Origin: Tricharina praecox
Taxonomy: Eukaryota
Assembly (NCBI RefSeq): GCF_024521635.1
Contig: NW_026250436.1
Location: 124,001-188,000 of the forward strand
Direction of reading: 5' to 3'
Length of the DNA stretch: 64,000 nt
Below, one piece after another: positions 51,792-64,000 of this stretch. Every line of letters begins with the position of its first letter. Position 1 is the first letter of the stretch. The position numbers and the translations under genes are program-made. The notes beneath the pieces are model-generated. The model was not told the origin of the DNA and searched no databases. It saw only the letters and a list, made by a program, of their open reading frames with translations.

Positions 51792-54700
51792 CTAAATAAC
51801 TCTTCTGAAGAAGGCTTCGTATTCCTCTTTGGTCCACGGATGCCCCTTCCCTTGTTGACGCGGGGAAGTGGATTCTTCGGTACCGCGCATCGGGGCATCC
51901 ATTCGGGCTCTGTTCGGGGATGGCGGGACATGGAGCTGCGCATAGTGCTGCTGGTTCTGAAGGTGCTGCTGCTGTTGCTGCTGCGGGTATTGTTGGTGTT
52001 GTTGTTGTTGGTGATGATGCTGTTGTTGATGGTGTTGATGTTGATGATGATGTTGATGATGCTGTTGCTGCTGTTGTTGTTGCGGTTGTTGCTGAGACTG
52101 GTGCATGAACCGATAGTATTCCGCGACGTTTGCAGTCCGGCCGGGAACAGCAAAGAAGTCCTGGTCCAAGATGGTGGACTCACCGCCATACGGCGCCCTC
52201 ATGAGCTCCAGGATGTGGTCCAGCAGAGCTTCGTTAGAGGGATAAGCCCCGGAGACCGCTGGGTCATTCTGGCCGGTGGAGGGATCCCGGAACATCCGAG
52301 CACGCTTAGCAGCACGTGTTGGTTCGGGCGTGCGCAACGTGTTGAACATTGGTCGCAGGACGGCGAGGTAGCCGTCGGCGACAGCGTCGAAAGACGCACA
52401 GTGCTGCATGGTCGCGATGCATTTCGATATGAGGTCGAGGCTCTCGTTGAACACGGATTCCAGCATAGGCCGGCCGCGGTTACGGGCGACGTCGAGACAG
52501 ATGATGAGGCCTGCCGTGTATGCCGATTGGCTAGAGGCGCAAGGAGGACGGTAAGCATCCCGTCGTGACATGTATGAAGCATCCAGGAAGGGCAGGTCTC
52601 CGCGGGCCCAACACAACCCGCCAACCCACCAACCCAGCCCGGCCAACGAGTGCACAGGGACGCACCAAAAGATTTTGCACGGGGGTGATGTCTGTAGGGA
52701 AGTGGAAGAAACTTACATTACTAGCCAGCATCTTCTGTTTAGCTTATTTTCGACACGGAGCATTCCAACGACCTAAGGCAGGAGAAGAGAGATCATCAGC
52801 ATCCATCATCATCATGGGGCGTCAGCGACGTAAAGATCAGGCCACTTTTTTCTTTCTTTTTTTTCTTTCTTTTTTCTTTCTGTTTGAGAGCCGATCACAC
52901 GCAGCCAATGACAGGCCAATGGAAGGAAAGAAGAAGAAGGGTGGGTGCTTACGGTCGCTAGTTGCCTCGCGGCCGACACGCAGATCTTGGAGAATTCCTC
53001 GGCGGCTGCATTGGCTTCGGTTAACGCCCGGCCACCACCTCCACCTCCACCACCACTGGCATGTTCGACATCGCTCGACCCTGTGAGCTGTGCTGTGACC
53101 CTACTCACCAGGATGCGACGGGTGAGTTGTGCGATGGAGCCCAGGTAGGCGCAATGGATCAGGAGCGTCGAGTGGTTGAGTGGACTCTCGGAGGAATGGG
53201 ACTCCCGTACGGCGGTTGAGAGGGTGAGACTCGAGGGCAGGTTTGCATGCCATGCCTTTAGGCGATCCGAGTAGACCCTTACGGTGTTGAGAGGGACATC
53301 CCTCGGAGAGATAACGTCGCTTGTGATGGCGCCCATCAACACGCCGAGCTGCTCCAGCTGGCGGTGCATGTCGAAGTCCTGCTCGGTGGCATTTTTGCTG
53401 CTGTTGTAGTCGGAGCTGTTGTTGCTGCTGCTGTTGTCGGATGAGCCTGAGCCAGACGAAGAGGCGCTGCTGGGGCCAGATTCCGACGCCAGCTGTTGGA
53501 GGCGTTCAGCATCCTACATACACCGAAAGAAATTTATTAGCATCGGTTCGATCGCGATCGGTGTGTGTGTGGTGGGTGGGTTTGTGGATTAAACGATCAG
53601 CCAATTTCGGGATCAATCGGTCGTCCTACCTCTGAGGTCGGTTCAAAGGTCTTCTGCAGCTGTGAAATGCTCCCCACCGAAGCGGACATCCACCTGTTCG
53701 CGTCCATCATACCGTTAGATGCCATTTTCAACGCGAAAAAAGTTTCTCCGGCAATGTGAGAAAGATGGCAATGGGAATAACGATGTGCGGGATTGCGGAA
53801 TGGGAGACAAAAGCTGCCGCGAAGCCCATATAATTTACACTACGGGGTTGAAATCGCCATCTCCACGAAAACAGGAATTCTGGCCTTCCGCCATCTTGGG
53901 TATCTTGCAGTTCGACTAAGTGGGGGGGTGGTGCAGCGCCATTGCGTCATGCTTATCTAACGGGCCATGCAGGGAGTCAGGAAGGGTAACGTACCCGTCC
54001 AGAAACGCCAAAGATCGCCATGCCCGCTTCCACGCTGGCCAATTGTCGTTGAGCTCGTCGGGAATGACATCCATGACGTTACGTCTGCCTGTGTCCGCTG
54101 CGCGGTGAGCTAACCCGCCACCCGTCTCCAGCCCGTTTTGTCTTGGTGATCGTCGGCGGTGCAGCCCGAGTGCTTTCCCGATGGTAATGGCGCAGTCTGT
54201 AGAAATACCCAACGCGGGGTCCGGACGTCAGAGCTTCGTTCGCACCATCATTTTTTTTCTCTCCCCCTTCAAGCGACGTCTGGGGGACGGGCGGGCGGGG
54301 GAGTGGGGGGCAGTGACGCGGACAGAGCGGGCGAACGGGGGAAAGAGACGGACAGCCCGAGCTCGGGGAGAAGGGAGGAGGGGAAGGCTAAGGGAGGGAG
54401 GAGGAAGGACAGCTTGTGGGTTCGGGATTGCTACTCACTGAGATGCTCGACGACCGCGATGGATTTCTGGAATATTAGATACAGAGCCGCGAGTGAGTTC
54501 GCGCGCAGTCGCTGCACGTCGATAGCGTCCCTGCCGAAGGCCATATGGAGGTACCATTTCCCGCTGGTAAATAGCGCATTCCGCGCTTCTTCCTTCACTG
54601 TCTCCTCCAGGTACTGCGAGCCCACTGCCGCCAGGAGCAGCACCTGGCACAGCCGGAAATTGTTGTTCGTTGCCCGTATGACATTGCGCGCGCTTGCGGA

Positions 54701-55912
54701 GACTGCCGGCGTGGATCCGGAGGCGGCGGCATTGCCGTAGATGCTCCGGAACATGTCGTTGGCCTCGATTTCCGGCACCGGACAGAGCAGGCTCGCGATG
54801 CCATTGGTGTAGAATGCGGATATGCAGGCGGCCACAAGCTCTTGCGGTGGTAGGTTCTCCCACGTGTAGAACTCGGCTCGAGGCTTGTTGGATGCCGCCG
54901 TGCGTTTGATGTGTTCGGATTTGCTGCTGTTTATTGGCGGCATCGTCAATAGGAGTGTTCGCATCGGGGAAGCTAGAGTCGTTTGATCAATTCCACCCGG
55001 TGATCGCTGCATCTTTGCTCTGTTGTTGTTGTTATTGTTGTTGATATTATTGTTGATCGAGGAGGAGGAGGACGAGGGCGAGTGTCGTATTTGATGCGAA
55101 GGAGGAGTACTCGGTGGCGGTTGGCCCCAACCCGTACCGGCGGGTCGACTACCGGTATATGGAGCGCCAGCACCAGCGCCAGCACCAGCACCAGCACCAG
55201 CACCAGAGCTGGTCATCCCGCCACGGGGCGAGCCGGCCGACAGAGAGCTTCCGGAAGAGGAACTCGAGTCGTTGGAGGGTGTTCGGGAAACGGCAGGACG
55301 TTTGTGATAGCTGTTGAGACTGCTACTGGATTGCGACTGTTGCTGCTGTTGATATTGATGTGGAAGTTGATGTTGCTGTAGTTGTTGTTGCCGTTGCTGA
55401 TGTGGTTGCTGTGGTTGCACTAACGGCGGCGGTGGAGGCGGCGGCGAAGCAGTTTTCATATGGACGACCATGCTCTGTGGTAATTGTCCGCGGTCGTCGT
55501 CGTCTTGTTCTTCGTCTGGATCTTCGTCTTGATCTTCGTCGTCTTGGCCGTTTCCCACTATCTTTCTCTTTCCGTCCCGTATCGGAGGCGAAACTATGCC
55601 GCGGGCATCGCCGTCTTTTATGGCAACCGGACGTGGTGGTGGTGCATAAGATTTATGGACTCTGCTAGCTCTGTTCTCCTTGACGGAATGGCACGAAGTC
55701 CGACTGCTCCCGGCCCACCGCTGCGGAGGCGCCCTATCCGTTGGCAACAGGTCCATGCTATTAGACCTGCGTTCCGCTTCTGCTCTTGCTGCTGCTTCTT
55801 CTTCTTTTGCTGCTGCTGGTGTAGTCTCCTCCGCTCTCCTCATCATCATTCTCCTCCTACCACCTATCACGAACCCGCTCGCTCGGTTTGGTCGGTGTTC
55901 GGCCAGGGACAT
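51792..55912 (-). CDS. Fungal transcription factor-like protein (middle homology region) with poly-Q/N/H tracts, no Zn2Cys6 cluster seen
   Basis: Spliced LPPQELVAACISAFY, AITIGKALGLHR, WKRAWRSLAFLD|GWMSASVG, LKAWHANLPSSL, ICVSAARQ, RCWLVI|QSAYTAG. Exons include 55912-54439, 54196-53995, 53693-53630 and 53513-~52951, plus two more ending at 51792. Confidence 0.85.
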
Positions 55913-56487
55913 GATGTAGGGCAATGTTAGTAGGTGATGTCCCACGACGCAGCTAGATACCACGAGGCCGGCCGCGGTCTCGACTTCGGTCGACGAGGGG
56001 GGGAGGAAGCGAGGCACTGTTACGGTCGTCTAGAGTACGTACAATTCGCTCGCTCGCTCGCTTTCTTTTTTTTTTTTTTTATCAATGAGGGGAGGACAAG
56101 AGAAGAATGGCTCCACGAGTCCACGACGATGATTTCCACCGCTCCTCCAATTTGTTGTGGTCAGCGCCCTGCAGCTTCCTTTCTTTTCGGTACGGAATGG
56201 TATCGTATGGTATGATATGGTACGGTGGACGGAGCAGCAGCAGCGGAGACACAGCACGTCTTTATTTTCTTTCGTTCTTTCGTTTCTTTCTTTCGTTCTT
56301 TCGTTTCTTTCGTTCGTTCTTTCTTTCCTCCTTTGCAGTCTGCAGACCCACAGCCAGCAAGCGGGTCGCAGGTATGTAGAGTATGGAATTCGCACGGACG
56401 GACAGAGACGGACAGCCCGGACAGAAAGCCCGGATGGGACAGCCCGGCCACAGAGGTGACTTACAGGCAGCGCAGAGTCAAGTCAAG

Positions 56488-56583
56488 TCAGTCAGTCAGT
56501 CAGTCAGTCAGTCAGTCAGTCAGTCAGTCAGTCAGTCAGTCAGTCAGTCAGTCAGTCAGTCAGTCAGTCAGTCAGTCAGTCAG
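56488..56583. repeat. (CAGT)n microsatellite
   Basis: About 24 perfect units. Confidence 0.95.
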
Positions 56584-59446
56584 CCAGTCGGTCAGGGCAG
56601 TCGAGTCCCTCCCCCCTTCCCCCCTAAGGCTCCGATATCGATCTCCACACGTTCCACGATGGAAATGGATTATCGCTGTCACCGCCAACCACCCTACCAA
56701 GCAGCAGCAGCAGCCGTGCGAAGTGCGTGTGCAGTTGTGGACGTCGTGGGGTGACGATATGCGCGCTTGGGGTCCCGGAAACCTCGTCTACAATTTGTCA
56801 CCTCGTCGTCCTTCTCGAACGATTCTTCGCTGGCGCCCCAGGACGAGGAGGAGGAAGACCTACCACGTTGCACGCACGAAACGACTCCCTACAAGCCATG
56901 CCAATCGCAACGGGCGAGCAAGCAAGCTGCGAGCAGCAGGAGCAGCAGCATGAGCAGCATAATCAGCAGGCGAAGCAGCATCAGCAGGAGCAACTACACA
57001 GTCAATCGCCATGGTCCGTCGGACGGCGAAGGAAGAAAAAAATCCATTGCAAGTTCCTGACGTGGCTGCAACTATCTGCGGGGGGGAGGGGGGGCTGGCG
57101 TGATGCACTGGAAATCCGCAGATAGCTCTCGCGCGCAAAGCAGCAGTGATCTGTGGATGTTGGACCCGGAGGACATACTGTCGGAACCCCAAACAAGCAC
57201 ACTTGGGTTCGCGGATCTAGACCGCCCGGTTGCCTTTGAGGCTGGCCTGGCCTGTACCACCCACACGCTCGCGCCATTCGCTGATTTTGAGTGGCTCGGG
57301 AAAGCGACCCGCAATGCAACCTTAAACCCAAACCCTTCCTTTCCCTCTTTGCATTTCTTTGCCTTTGCCCTCCCCCCAGTCCCCCATCCCTCCCCCAAGG
57401 GACGGAAGCCATCTCCAGATCAAAAAATAAGTGCGGTTCCTACTTCCTCTTCTTCGTCGCCGCCGCCTCCCCACCTCCTCCCGGGAAAATCAGGGGCGCA
57501 GTCGTCGCGAGTCGCGACTCGATCATGTTTGTGGGTTGCAAGCCCGTTCCGTCCGTGCGCGAGAGCGGATCGAGATGGGCTGGATTCCTGGCTTTTTCAA
57601 CCGACCGCTCGCTCGGTCTCAGTCACAGCCGATGATCGGGATTGTATCGGCTCTACTCTACTGGGTAGTTATATGGTAGTTACCCTACTCGGGGTTCTGA
57701 GTACTCGTCCCTGCTCTGCGTGCTCGAGTGGATACATCGTGGTGGGCACAAAGTTTTCAACCTCTCGTAACTAGCGCGATGGATTCCTCTTTGATGAGAG
57801 ACTACTCGGAGACCTGGAGTATCTACTGCTTGGCGAGAGGCCTTGGGGGCCAAGGCATCACTCTACTCTAGAGTAGCTGCAGGTTGGAAAACTTCATGCC
57901 TGCTATGGCATGTATGTACGAGCAGCTGTCGTGAGCCTCCTTACCAACCTACATATGATAGAGTACTTGTTACCTGCCAGCTCCTGCAAGGGAACAAATA
58001 CTGACTGACTGACTGGGCACCTAGAGGCCATATCAGCACGCACTGTGAGTCTGCGTACTCTGCGGTAGAGTACTCCGCTCCAGATACTCTACGTACCGAC
58101 ACCTACCGTACTCTGCGTACATATCATAGATACCACCACCACCGCCATCGCCACCGCCATCACCATTAGTTATTCGCCTCCCCCATCCCCGCATAACGTG
58201 TCTGCCGGCCGGAGGACCCTCTTTCTCCTGCGCGGCTACCCTAGTTAGAGTACCTACCTAAGGTGCACACTGCACCGAGGACTAGGTAGGTAACCAACCA
58301 CTTGGCAGCCTATCACGTTGCTTGCGCAGACACGCTATATACCCTCAACATACCATAAGGGTCCTCATAGCACCCAAGTATGTAATCATGTCTCCCTCCG
58401 CAGTCCGCAGAGTCCGCAGAGTCTGCGCCCGTTTCCCAGGAAACCCTCTACATGGATGATGGATGGAAGGCGGAAAGTCTGTAGGTCCGTAGGTAGGTCT
58501 GTAGATCGACCCGTTGATGCACGTAAGCGCACCTCCGGAGATACGATGACGTACATACCCTTCTGGGTATTTACTCAGGGTACCCATCCCAGTGCGTCCC
58601 GACGTTGTCTTTCCCTTCCCTTCCCTTCCTCTGCTCTGCGTACATACGGCGTGTGTAGCTACGTATCTCCTGCTGGGGCCTGGGGGGCGATTGTACCATA
58701 CCATAGTACCTAGTACATATACCCACATGTAGACTGTAGTTAGTAGGTAGTACCCAGTAGCGGACCCAACAACCGCACACGCCCAGCGGCCAGCCCTCGC
58801 AGCCCAGCCAGCCCACGCAGCCAACCAACCAACCCAGCCAACCACAACCCAGCCAAACCGCCAACCACAGCGAAACCCAAACCCAGCCAAACCCAGCCAA
58901 ACTGCAAAACATCCAAACCCAGCCCACCGCACGCCTTCGCTGCCCTGCTGCCGCGGTTAACGAGACATCAGATCGCCGATTCCGGCTGGCGGATCTGTCG
59001 GGACTTGCCTGCGTGCCTGCTTGCCTGCGTGCCTACTTACCGGGACTCCGGATGGGTGCAAGGCGGTACTGGTACTCCGCATGCCGAACAAAAGCTTCGG
59101 ACTTCCGGGGGTTGTGAAGTCCTGGCGGTCAAGTCAGGCCAAGACCGGCACGTGTGTGCGTGCCTGCGCCGTGCCTACACTCTGAGCTACGTATGTGCGC
59201 AGTGTTAAACATCAGCAACGACGATGCGACACGACGGCAGATGGACGGCCAGACTTACGGACTTACAGCCGGACGGTCCGACATACAGACGGACGGACAT
59301 ACAGACAGACAGCGGAAGGACAGCGGAAGGACAGCGGAAGGCCAACGAACGAAAGCTGGGCGCAAACGAGCCTCCGAGGAGACGCGGGACAGGACAAAGG
59401 CGAACTGCTCAGTGCTGACTGGGTTCGCCTTTCGCCGTTCGCATGT

Positions 59447-59508
59447 CGCACAGTGGACACGCCGCACAGTGGACACGCCGCACAGTGGACACGCCGCACA
59501 GTGGACAC
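59447..59508. repeat. 16-bp minisatellite (CGCACAGTGGACACGC) x4
   Basis: Adjacent near-perfect units with no spacers. Confidence 0.9.
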
Positions 59509-61924
59509 CGTCGCTCCACACGCCGCCGCCGCATGCATGGACCGAGTAGGTACTCAAGATAACTATCGTCACAATTTGTGCCTGTCCGCTCTCGAGTGTC
59601 AACTACTACCGGTACTCCGGTACGGTACGGTAGATAACTAAGAAGGTATTTGAAATAGTTGAGATATTTGTATGTGAGATATTTGCGCTTCAACACAAGT
59701 GCTTAGTTAGTGAGAGGGTTGACGGCGTTGACGGCGTTGGGCGATTTGCCTCCCATCTCGGGGGCCAGCTCAATCGCGATTCGCACCATGTGGGCGTGTG
59801 GGCTCGGACGCGGGGTCCGTAATACCGTAGTACCGGTAGTCTGTCGTTGCTCTTCTACTTCATGTTATTCGCCATCGTCGCCATCGTCGCGTCAAACCGG
59901 GGACTGGGGTGATGGGGGGGAGCCTGAAGAGCCACACGTAGGAGGAGGGGCAAACTTCAAAGTATGAAAGTGTAGGGCTGAAACCACGCGTGCAAGGTCC
60001 AACCGAAATCGAAATCTCCTACCCTTTCCCTCCTACCCTTATCCCCCTTATCCCCTCCCCTCCCCCCTCCCGCTTATCCACCTCCTCCATCCGCCTCCCC
60101 CACCTCCCCCGACCGAAAGGGAGAAAAGAAAAGAAAGCAAAGCAAAGCAAAGCAAAGAAGAAGAAAAAAAGGTGTCGCAGGGATACGAACGGAACGAGAT
60201 CCAATCCCTTCACAAATATCGTAATATCGTAATATCGTATCGAATCGATCGTGGAAATCGTCTCCGGCCATAGTATTGGGTGCTATTGGATGCTATTGGA
60301 TTGGATGGGGCGGTTGGATTGGGTGGAAAAGAAAAACTCCTGCAATTGCGACTGCATGGTGAGGCGGTGGTGTCTGTGGGTACGGTATGTGGGTATCATA
60401 TGGAGGGGAGCTGGCATTGGACGGATGGAGGAGGAGGGAGGAAGAGTGGCTGAGCTGGACGGTGGACGGTGGACGGTGGACGGTGGACGGTGGACGATGG
60501 ATGGTGCAGGAAGAATTGAGTGCAGTGCAGTGCGGGGTGTTGCTGTGCTGGGTTCTGCTAACCGCAGCCACTCGCGGTGCCTCCCACTCGTTGTGTTCCC
60601 AGGCTCCAGCAGGTCCTTCGCTAGTACGCACCCTCTCCCCTCCCCTTGCCATCCACACTCCCTCCACACCCACTACCTATCTAGCTCTCCCGTAGTAGTA
60701 CCACACCACCACCAGCACCCCACCGCCATGCGGAAATCATACGACATGCACAGGTTCATGTTCAAGCTCACGCTTGCATTGCAGCATTGCATTGGCCTGG
60801 TTGGACTACTGGACTGGTTTGATTGATCTGGCGGATGCACGGTTCCTTCCAATGGCTGCACTGGCTTGAGTTCGTCGCGTCCGCAGGTCGCAGGAAAAAA
60901 AGCGGGGAAGCGGAGTGACGTCGACGCCGACGGAGGGGGGACTGCGTGGGATTGGGAGACTGCGTGGGATTGGGAGACTGCGTCCGGTGAAGGTGAAGAG
61001 TGGACACACCGACAACATGTAGGTGGATATCATACTCTATCATACGAAGAGTGGACACACCAACAACGGGACATCATGCTCTGTCATCCGATATCAGTCA
61101 CTCCTACCTATGATACTGATACTGCTGCTGTTACTGCTGTTGCGGTGGCTGTTGCTGTTGCAGTCGCTGTCCCTGTCGTTGTCGCTGTTGTTGTCTGTGG
61201 CTGTCTGTTGCTGTCGCTGTCGCTATGCTGTCGCTGTTGCTGCCGTCATCGACCGAATAAGACTAACCGACAGCGGCCAGCGACAGAGCGACGATTCGAG
61301 TCGAGTGAGATGTTGGTGAATGTGAATGGGCAGTTATCGCAGAATTCCGCAGGGTCCAGGACTAGGTAGGGGATTTCGAGGTAGGCTCTGACATGGAAAC
61401 GCCCCCGTTTACCGCTTACCTCGAGTAAGTAGAGCACCGTACATACACCCACAAGAAGAGGCCCACAAGAACAGGAGGAGGCACACGGGCGGGATGAGGC
61501 GAACCCAAATACCGGCACCGGTACTCGCGGCTGTGAGGACACTCAACCGCGGTCTGCGGAGAGCTGTACGGCTTCCCTTCCCTTCCCTCCCTCCCTCCCT
61601 CTACCCGGGCCGATCATCAGAGCCGTTATGCGGACTCAGGACGTCGATCCATCCGTAATCCTCGGCCGTCCGGCGTCAAAGCCGTATCCGGCCTATGATA
61701 CTAACTACCGGTATGGTACGGTACTCCTGTCGATCAAACGGTGGTTGCTTTACATCCTACCTTACTACCAAGGGCGCCAACCGGAAACGGAAAAAAGTGA
61801 CTACAGCTCCTCCGGCGCCGTCCGTCCTGATGTCGGATGTCCATGTCGATCATCCCGTCTCGTCTCGGCACGTCTCGAGGGAGTCCGTTCCGGTAGCCGC
61901 GGGTGGTTAGGGTGGGGAAGGTGC

Positions 61925-62029
61925 TCGCTCACTCGCTCACTCGCTCACTCGCTCACTCACTCACTCACTCACTCGCTCACTCACTCACTCACTCACTCAC
62001 TCACTCACTCACTCACTCACTCACTCACT
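61925..62029. repeat. (CACT/CGCT)n microsatellite
   Basis: Tetranucleotide run of about 100 bp. Confidence 0.95.
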
Positions 62030-62413
62030 TGACCGGGAGTCCCGGGATGTGGCCTAATATACCGAGGGTTCGCACGAGACAGTGGGCACTGGGTAGAAGC
62101 GAAAGCGAGTTCTTTTCTCTCTTCTCTTCTCTCCTCGTTTGAATTAAATTTGAATTACATACATACGGAGGCGGGTAGGGATATACCCAAGTATCAGCCA
62201 CCGCGCACCGGCGGAGTAAGATGTCTCTACTCTGCTACTAGTACATACTGCCCACATCCGCGCGGAGAAACCACCCGGAGAAACCACCCGGAACCACAAA
62301 GATCATGATAATTCGTGAACCCAAAAAATAAAAAAATAAAAAAATCGTAGTCTTTCACCCTTGTCGCACGCAATCGCACGCAATCCGTTTCACATTTATG
62401 TCGAGTCGAAAAT

Positions 62414-64000
62414 CTAACTGACCCAGAACGACGCCGTCGACCTGATCCCGGTGGTACTGCTGTCCTGTCCGACCTTGACGATGAACTCGCCGTCCTCGAC
62501 GACATACTTACTGCGCACGGTCCAGACGCCGAGCGTGCTGACATCGATGTCGACGCTGACCTTCTTCGTCTCGCCGGCCTTCAGGAAGACCTTCTTGAAG
62601 CCCTTGAGCTCCATGTTGGGCGTGGTGACGGAGGCGATCTTATCGGTGACGTAGAACTGCACGACTTCGGCGCCGGGAAGCTTGCCCGTGTTCTTTATCA
62701 CGACGTTGGCCTTGACGATCGAGGACGCGGTGACGTTGGTCGCCGACAGCGTCACGTTCTGCAGCGAGAAGGTGGTGTAGCTCTTGCCGTAGCCGAAGGG
62801 GTACAGTGGTATCGGGCTGGAGAGAACGTACTGCTGGCCGAAGACGAGGGTGCCGTTCTCGTACGCGGCGCCGGGGGAGCTGTAGCGGCCGCCCTTCATG
62901 AAGTCGTAGTAGCTGGGGGTCGTGCCGACGTCGTGCGGGATCGAGACCGTGAGCTTGCCGGACGGGTTCTGCGAGCCGAAGAGGACGTCGGCGAGAGCGT
63001 TGCCGCCTTCTTCCGACGGGTAGAACTGCTGCACCAGTGCGGCTGCCTTGTCCGAGATCCACGCCTCGGTCACGGGCTTGCCAGAGGAGTAGACCACGAT
63101 CGTGTTGGGGTTGGCTTCCAGCACGGCGCGGACGAGGGGCGCTTGTGCTCCTACGAGGTTGAGGCTGTGGACATCGATGTGCTCTATGTGCAAAGATACG
63201 TCAATGATGGGCAAGGGAGGAAGGAATCGAAATGGGATGGCATACCTCCAGTGGTGGCGTTAAAATTCCTCCAGAGCTCGAACTGGTCTCGGGACCACGT
63301 TCCGACGACGACAACTGCGACTTCGGCGGCCTTGGCTGCAGCAACGGCCTCCGCGAACCCAGATTGGTCATTGGACCAGCGCTCACAGCCCTTGGCGTAG
63401 GTGACCTTCGCGCCGGTACCCTTGAGCGCCGACTTGATTCCTGCAAGGGGTGTGACGCCGCGGTACATTGAGCCCTTGACGACGTAGTCTCCGTAGCTGC
63501 GCATCGAGTCAGACTTGACGATCGGTTCAATGGTTGCGAGATGACTTACTTCATGAATCCATCAGCCATCGGGCCGAGCACGGCAATGCTCTTGACCTTC
63601 TTCTTGTTGAGCGGGAGTACGCCATCGTTCTCCAGCAGGATGATACTCTCGGCATCGATCGTCCGCGCCAGCTTGATCGCCTCCGCTGAGTGGATAAGTT
63701 TCTTCCACTGATCCTTCGGTGCCGCCGAGAAAGGGTTCTCAAAGAGGCCCATGGCGAACTTGGTCCTCAGAATACGAGAGACAGAATCGTCGACGAGGCT
63801 CTGCTTGATCTTGCCGGCTTCGAGAAGCTTGGGAATAGTCCGGTAGTTGAACGATCCACCACCCATCTCGACGTGGTTGCCTGCCCCGAGAGCGAACTGG
63901 GTGATCGCCTCCATGTCGCCACGCTCGCAGAGACCGTGGTCGTTGCAGATCCTGTCGGTTCCTCCGGCCTGGAAAAGTCAGCATGCCCTCTAATGTCTAG
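62414..64000 (-). CDS. Glycoside hydrolase family 3 (beta-glucosidase/xylosidase), 3' part only
   Basis: VEMGGG, ESIILLEND..LPL, PSGKL, YPFGYGKSYT and Fn3-like GAEVVQFY..ELKGFKKV. Contains introns and continues beyond the window end. Confidence 0.95.

Noticed and set aside
56760..57774. Plus-strand ORFs, and a possible upstream zinc-cluster micro-exon (minus-strand RACNV near 56865) for the TF at 55912
   Set aside because: No complete six-cysteine pattern could be assembled, and the ORFs show no recognisable features.
59447..59508. CRISPR-like look of the short tandem repeats (also at 50256 and 13103)
   Set aside because: The units are adjacent with no unique spacers, the context is eukaryotic, and there are no cas genes.

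Overview
Eukaryotic, intron-rich, microsatellite-rich DNA from a filamentous ascomycete (possibly Pezizomycetes; this is an inference from LINE relics and gene style). Recognisable genes: a Zn2Cys6 transcription factor (21915-25029), a divergent pair of a Dal5/ACS-family MFS transporter and an intracellular GH105 hydrolase (28204-32373), an RRM-like protein, a secreted tyrosinase, a second fungal TF-like gene with no visible zinc cluster, and a partial GH3 glycosidase. Splicing reveals genes the ORF track misses or splits: a 4-exon 48-aa microprotein (5344-5941, minus), a 3-exon small membrane protein (10889-11711), and a ~1520-aa protein joining a HExxH zincin-like domain, hydrophobic segments and a long E/K helical repeat (44278-49009, minus). 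There is also an 85-aa Cys/His-rich microprotein (18998-19255). Mobile DNA: two degraded Tad/LINE 3' relics, an Ac-like hAT MITE with an 8-bp TSD and two TA-flanked MITEs. No tRNA, rRNA or CRISPR could be supported. All models were built by eye and no database search was run.
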